A stretch of 57,930 nucleotides of DNA, filler included, from Sphacelaria rigidula (Eukaryota): the NCBI GenBank assembly GCA_964200075.2. It is 8 parts of 8 records of this genome, joined end to end, with 100 filler letters (N's around TTAATTAATTAA, not from the genome) between each part and the next. Parts side by side here need not be neighbours in the genome. Positions count along the whole stretch, not along the records: positions 50,778 to 57,930 come from CAXNAA020016222.1; 7 more parts are not named here. The stretch is one strand, 5' to 3'. Shown here one piece after another: positions 52,129 to 57,930 of this stretch. The position numbers and the translations under genes were made by a program. Below the pieces are notes generated by a model. It was given only the letters and a program-made list of their open reading frames with translations, did no database searches and was not told the origin of the DNA. The number at the start of each line of letters is the position of its first letter. Position 1 is the first letter of the stretch.

Positions 52129-53614
52129 TAAGGTGGACCTGTTGTGTGTTTATCAGCGACGCGACGACATCTTCGCCCAGCGGTACTTTCAGATGAACTG
52201 CGCTTGCTCACAAAGCCCTCACAGGTTGGAAATATTGACGAACGGACTTAACATCTTGAGCAGTTTTTGGGAGCAACACACGAGTGTGCTTCCTCACCTT
52301 GCATGTCCACCCTCGGGGGCCCAGCGATAGTCGAGCCGCACATTGTGAACCCCGTATCCTGTGGGGGGAGCCTTGCCAGTCGAAGATCATCATGACCCCA
52401 ATTGGCCATAATATCTACAAGCATCAGATTTTTCAGGCGCTGATGCTGGAGGATGCGACAGCATATGATGGTACATCTTCTTCCTGTTCACGTTGACTTT
52501 ACAAACCGTGCACGCGAGGTATTCGTTGACATTCCCAGTTCGTGATTGCCCACCGAGCTACACGCGCACTTATCATGAGAGTATTCACTGCTTCCGGCTT
52601 GGCACGGAGGCGCCCCTGTACTCCCATCACTTCTGACTTTGTTTCAAGGGTCAAGTGGGTTGGTTTTCGAGTAAATTGATCCAAATGCTGAAATAGAATA
52701 ACAGTAAGTTACTACTGTTTCGGTTCTTTGAGAGGATGGATCTTAGGAGTGTTTCGTACAACAGATACAAGACAGTATATCTTGCATAGCTTATTGGTTC
52801 AGTGGACATGCACATCAATTCACTTCCTTTTTCCACATGTGACATTTACGCATTTCTGCATCTAAGAGATTCGTGGCTGGGCTTTCCTCGAAGCCATGCC
52901 CCGTATATCGCGCCGACATTAATGCATCGCCTATAACGTGCGGTCCGCGCAGCACTAGTAAACGGAATATCTCAACAAAGTGCACCAGAGTCTCGGGCTA
53001 AACAACGGCGAACGCACGTTGCTGGTGATAAGGGGAACAAAGTGGTGAAGCAACTGTCGGTCGTGGGCGCGCCGCTACACGCACTGGAATGGTGTCTGAG
53101 AAGAAATATACACAACGAGGTTTCCGACTTGAAAATGTTGCCACTTGCTCCAAGGTGAGATAGTGCGTGTGACATACGCCATACCCACAGGGGTTCAAAG
53201 CCGGTTCATCGCAACACTGCTCGAACTGCGACGGCTCTCAGTAGCTTGAGTAACTTCCTCGGTTACTTCGCGGTGATCGTACCGAGCAATGCCAACAACA
53301 TGCTCATGGCGACCAGTCAGTCCTGTTTCTAGTTTTGACCTGTAGCGCCCTCTGGGCAGAAAGGTTCCTGGGCTGGTTTGGGGAAACCAAATTTACACTT
53401 AAATCGAAATGAAAAATGAAGAACACATCGAGCTGCTGGGAATTCTCACGCTTGGGTTCGTTTTCGCCAATGTCGCTCATATGAGGCATTTCATGCAGTC
53501 TGAGATCAAATATCAGGCGCTGTATGGTCATTTCCTTTGTGACAGTTTTGGTTTCCTCTTATTTTTTTAGGGGAGGTATCGTAAAAAGGCTCGAGTACGG
53601 TTTGGCGACCTCCA

Positions 53615-53876
53615 GAGCGATGCTACGGTAGGAGTGCACAAATATTTTCTGAGGTTAGAATTGTTAGGAGCCATTTATCTCATGTAAAACACGATCTATG
53701 AAAATATGTGAAAATACGCCAGGATTACTACTCCAATGTGCTGGGCTGGGGATATCCCGAATGAATATTCAAACGGGGATGCCCTAACCCATACTTTTGT
53801 GCATCTAGAATCGTTACGAGCGCCTGAACTAGACATAATTTCGCGAAAAAAGTGCACGCCTGCCGTAGCATTGCTC
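53615..53876. mobile_element. MITE family B (Sola2-like), TSD TCCA
   Basis: gagcgatgctacggtagg ... cctgccgtagcattgctc; tcca on both sides. Confidence 0.92.
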
Positions 53877-54329
53877 TCCAGAAGATAGGAAGCAACGGTA
53901 CTTTCTGTTTTTTTGCAGATCAAATATTTAGCATAGAAAAGACGTAACGAATTTTGTGGTACACAAGACATACACATATTGTCATATGGCGTGAAGATTT
54001 AGCAATGCATATCGTCGCTGCAACACATGCTTTCTGTTTCGCCCCCTCCCCACCTCCTATTCGCGCCCGTCCCTCGCTCGAACTCGATATCACCGCCAAT
54101 ACGACGCAAGATGGAGTGGTGAAAGGAAAATACCGTTAGCATGTTGCCGCCTCGTCGCCGGGGCTTCATCATACAGAAGACATACGCTACAAATTTCGAT
54201 TACAGCGCCAGGGTTGACCGTGGGCGCCGCCGAAACACGAACACTGGGACGACGCACTCCGCCAGTCGATCTCAGCAAATGGCTTCGTTGTCGATACGTT
54301 GGTAGTTTTCTGTGACCACAGCACCGCTG

Positions 54330-55137
54330 ACCTGCTGCTTTTGGATGCAGACATGCTCAAGAGTTTGAAAAAGTTGTCTCTCATATCGTGGTGAAGGTTA
54401 CAAATAGTAAGTTTCCTACCAAGCACCGTGGCATATCGACTTTGTTTATGGGTAGTGAGTACTTCGGAGACACGAAGTCTGTCTGGTCTGCTTCGGATTC
54501 GCAGAAGAACTTCAGCAAGACGATGGTTGATTGCTTTCGTGTTGCTCGATCGAGTCCGGTTCCCACCTTCCCCGTCTTTGATCTCAGAAACGTGAAGGAG
54601 GAGGGCGCAATCGAAGGGGTTCCTTTTCCGGGAGGTGGTGGGAAGTCTCGTGTTGCTGTCAGGTCAGACACGTCCTGAAACTGTCAACGCGGTGCAAGCT
54701 GTGGCGCGTTATTCACACAGTCCGAAGAGGACACGCTGGCGGGCAATCTGCAGGATCCTAGACTATCTTCTCGAATCTCAGGTTTTAGAGCTCATCTTCC
54801 CCAACGTCGGAGAAAAAGGCTTCGTACTACATGCCGATTCTGATTATGCAAGCCATGCCACTGATCGCCGATCAGTCTCGGGTGCTATAGTATTTCTGAA
54901 TGAGTCACCGGTCGTTTGGCATTCCAGGACGCAGATGTGTATTCCGCTGTTCGCAACAGGGACTGGGTGTGTAGCAACGGTCGATTCTCTCGTGATATCT
55001 GTTTAAAATGTGCCCCTTCCTGATCCAGAAGAGAGAGAGGATCAGTTTACTTGGAAACAATGAGGGAGCAATCCCGCTTTCTGGTGATCCGCTCTGCACT
55101 TATCTCAGCAAGCATATATATTGACGTCCGTTTGCAC

Positions 55138-55174
<37 letters not shown>

Positions 55175-55420
55175 CGCACTTTAACTGATTCCCCAGGGGT
55201 CCGGCCGTGGTCCCATGGTAGACGTACGCAAGAAAACGAAACTGAAACACGCTCTTGAGAAAAGAAGGAACAGAAAAAAAAAAACGAACAGAGCGATAAA
55301 CTTTATACGGGAGAAGGTAGAGAATGAAGAAGTAGCTCTAGTGTATGTCTCTATAAAGACCAAAGTGCTGACATTTTGACAAAGGCGGTGCTGTTCGCTT
55401 CTTTCAGTGAGCGTCGCGAT
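54330..55420 (+). mobile_element. Ty1/Copia RT-RNase H remnant
   Basis: VGSL..L...TRPE...AV..VARY; LHADSDYA...DRRSVSG; SKH(IY)IDVRLHF/IREKV. Confidence 0.9.
55141..55299 (-). mobile_element. Short retroposed insertion with (AATC)n tail inside Copia RNase H, TSD ACTTT
   Basis: Splits HF|IREKV; acttt at 55136-55140 and 55300-55304; partial similarity to ~10710-10770 and ~57040-57090. Confidence 0.7.
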
Positions 55421-56466
55421 TCTCCTTTGGGTGCGAATAAGTACGGAAAGAAGATAGTTGATTGGGTTCTGTAGACTGACATCATACACAGTGCCACTTT
55501 GTGGGTATTCGTATGGGCGCATCATGTCGGGATGTATCACAGTCATAATACAGATTGTCCAGGGAAGAGGTGCACTGATTTGATCCCCGCGAAAGGGGGT
55601 AGGAGGGGAAGGGGGTCAACAGGGAATATCATGTGGTTGAAATTTTTTATAACGCCCCCCACGTGTTTGAGGGCATCGTCATTCGTGTACAAATGCCCAT
55701 GTAACTAGCAAAAAGGGTGGATAACACCCCCATCGTGTCTGGGGTATGTGTACTCATGATCTTTCACGCCGTAGTCATACGGCCATTGGCCTCGCATCCC
55801 TACAAAGCCGGGACGGAGCACGCCGAGTTTCCGCCTGACCAGGCTCGCAATTAATCACAACACGCGAAGCGCCATGATGTGTTCGGCGGGTCGCATGAAG
55901 GGTGGACTGCATCCTGCTACGATTGTTCGGCCCGAAGCCCAATGATTATCTGGCATTTCAATAATAGCCCTAAATGAGTTGCTTCATTTTCTGGTGTCGC
56001 AGCTTGCAGAGACAGTCACAGCTTTCACACTGCATCATGGTCATCTCACCATTTAAACGCTATAGTACGTCGAATGATCACCCCCTGTGCGCGGAATCGT
56101 GGTTCTCACACCCCTCACAACAGATCTAGCTCGACCACCCTCATGGTTACCGCAAGAAAAACGAAAGCGCGCAAAAAAAACGGTAACCTGGCTGCCTAGC
56201 TTACGCAGTGAGTGGCGTGTCTTACGGAATCATTGCCAACCGACGCCAACCCCATGGGGCGTTCTCCCTACAAAGCCAGGACGGAGTACGCCGAGTTTTC
56301 GCCGGACCAGGCTAAACGTCGTGTGTGGGGAGGGGACAGAGCGATTCCATCCCTAGATGGGGAGAAGTGGGGGGTTGAGGATAAGTGCTTCATTGTTTAC
56401 ACGTTGTATCGATGCGTTTATGTGATTGAATGCATCGCCATTCGTACGCAACAGGATAAAACAGCA

Positions 56467-56728
56467 GAGCGATGCTACGGTAGGGGTGCACAAATATTTT
56501 CTGAGGTTAGAATTGTTAGGAGCCATTTATCTCATGCAAAACACGGTCTATGAAAATATGTGAAAATACGCCAGGATTACTACTCCAATGTGCTGGGCTG
56601 GGGATATCCCGAATGAATATTCAAACGGGGATGCCCTAACCCATATTTTTGTGCATCTAGAATCGTTACGAGCGCCTGAACTAGATATAATTTCGCGAAA
56701 AAAGTGCACGCCTGCCGTAGCATTGCTC
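56467..56728. mobile_element. MITE family B (Sola2-like), TSD AGCA
   Basis: Near identical to 53615-53876; agca on both sides. Confidence 0.92.
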
Positions 56729-57121
56729 AGCAGATACCACCTGTTGTGTGACATTTTTGTTTTCGAGGGGATGCATACATACATCCCCGCAAAAAGATAT
56801 ACCTTCTGTTTTCTTCTATTATTGGCGTATTTGAATTGTCCCGAAACAATTTCTATAATATCCAAACGCATTTCCATTCGCATGGTACATGCGAGAGCGG
56901 TGGATACCACCCCTAAATTCGCGGTGTAAGGCACCTCCCGGGGGCGACCATTTTCTTGTCCCCTGCGCTACCACGCGCTTCCCTCGCCCAAATCCAACTG
57001 CACCATTATTTTTATTATTATACTCGTACATATTTTTATTTGTCGCACTTTGAACCCCTCCCTTCCTCGGGACGAATCCGTGGTTTCTCATCTTTCCCCC
57101 GTACAGCAATGTTATTTATGA

Positions 57122-57360
57122 AAGAGTTTCGGAAAATTCGGGGTGGAAAAAGGCTCCATCACTTCAGAGTGCAAATAAATATCTCAGGATCAGAGTGTAA
57201 CGAAAAATTAATTAATTTCCCCCCGTCAAGTATTATTATTGCGGTATCCCCTTGACTTTTTTTCGATGATGAGTTTTTTTGTTTTATTCTGCACTCTGAT
57301 CATGAGAAATTTGCACTCCGAACTGACAAAAACTCGTTTTCCGAACGTTTCCGAAACTCT
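57122..57360. repeat. Imperfect ~240-bp inverted repeat (MITE-like)
   Basis: agagtttcggaaa...gagtgcaaat...gatcagagtg versus cactctgatc...atttgcactc...tttccgaaactct. Confidence 0.6.
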
Positions 57361-57930
57361 CTATTTACTTTTATGCGACATCAGTCGAAATCTGAGCTCT
57401 CGATGACTTTCCCGGTTTGTTTTAGACGTGGCCCGGAGTAGCGAAGGTACGAAAATCCGAACAACGTGGCCTGGAATAGCGGAGAACTGCCCATTTTCGG
57501 TTTGATGAACTCATTATAAGGGTATTTTCGAATCGAAAAATATTACGGTATACTGTTTGTACTGCATATTATATGTTGTGCTCATAAATTCGCTCTGTAG
57601 GTGTATATATATGTGTGTGTGTGCACTTTGTCCAAAAAGTACAACAGAGGCTGGTTCACGCCGATCATCCATTTTTTAGTGGAGAGCCTCGGGAAGAAAA
57701 AAAAATGCACCATTTCACCGTAGAACCACTCCGAACTCTTTTTTCACGGTAGCCAAGGGCGCACAAAAAAATATTTCTTGGATCCACACCCCTTTTTTTA
57801 CATTTGGGACCCATTAGGGGGTGGGTGGGTGGGGGGTGGTATCTTCCGTTTTGATACTGAATCCTATACAATAACATCTCAAGGACAAGTTACTTGGTTT
57901 TAGGCTGGAACCTTGGTCAGTGACTGCTGA

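Noticed and set aside
50800..53300. Minus-strand gene or transposase interrupted by a MITE
   Set aside because: Fragmentary frames without identifiable motifs or a consistent splice structure

Overview
Eukaryotic, repeat-rich DNA, most likely from a brown alga or related stramenopile (inferred from the long GT-AG introns, TTAGGG repeats and repeat landscape; not verified). The window is not a contiguous locus. It is 8 unrelated contigs of 7154/7153 bp joined by identical 100-bp artificial linkers (N44-TTAATTAATTAA-N44), so no gene neighbourhood can be inferred across the linkers. Mobile content: three decayed chromodomain-bearing Ty3/Gypsy elements plus an inverted fragment, a Ty1/Copia remnant, LINE remnants and many LINE/SINE 3' tails, and several MITE families with 4-bp target-site duplications. 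Host content: two spliced genes. One is a 4-exon ORF (~594 aa) resembling only the C-terminal half of the DDX24/Mak5 DEAD-box helicase. The other is two exons of an unknown Met/Gly-rich protein whose splice acceptor is the last unit of a ~50-bp degenerate tandem array. No prokaryote-type multi-gene system or CRISPR array is supported.
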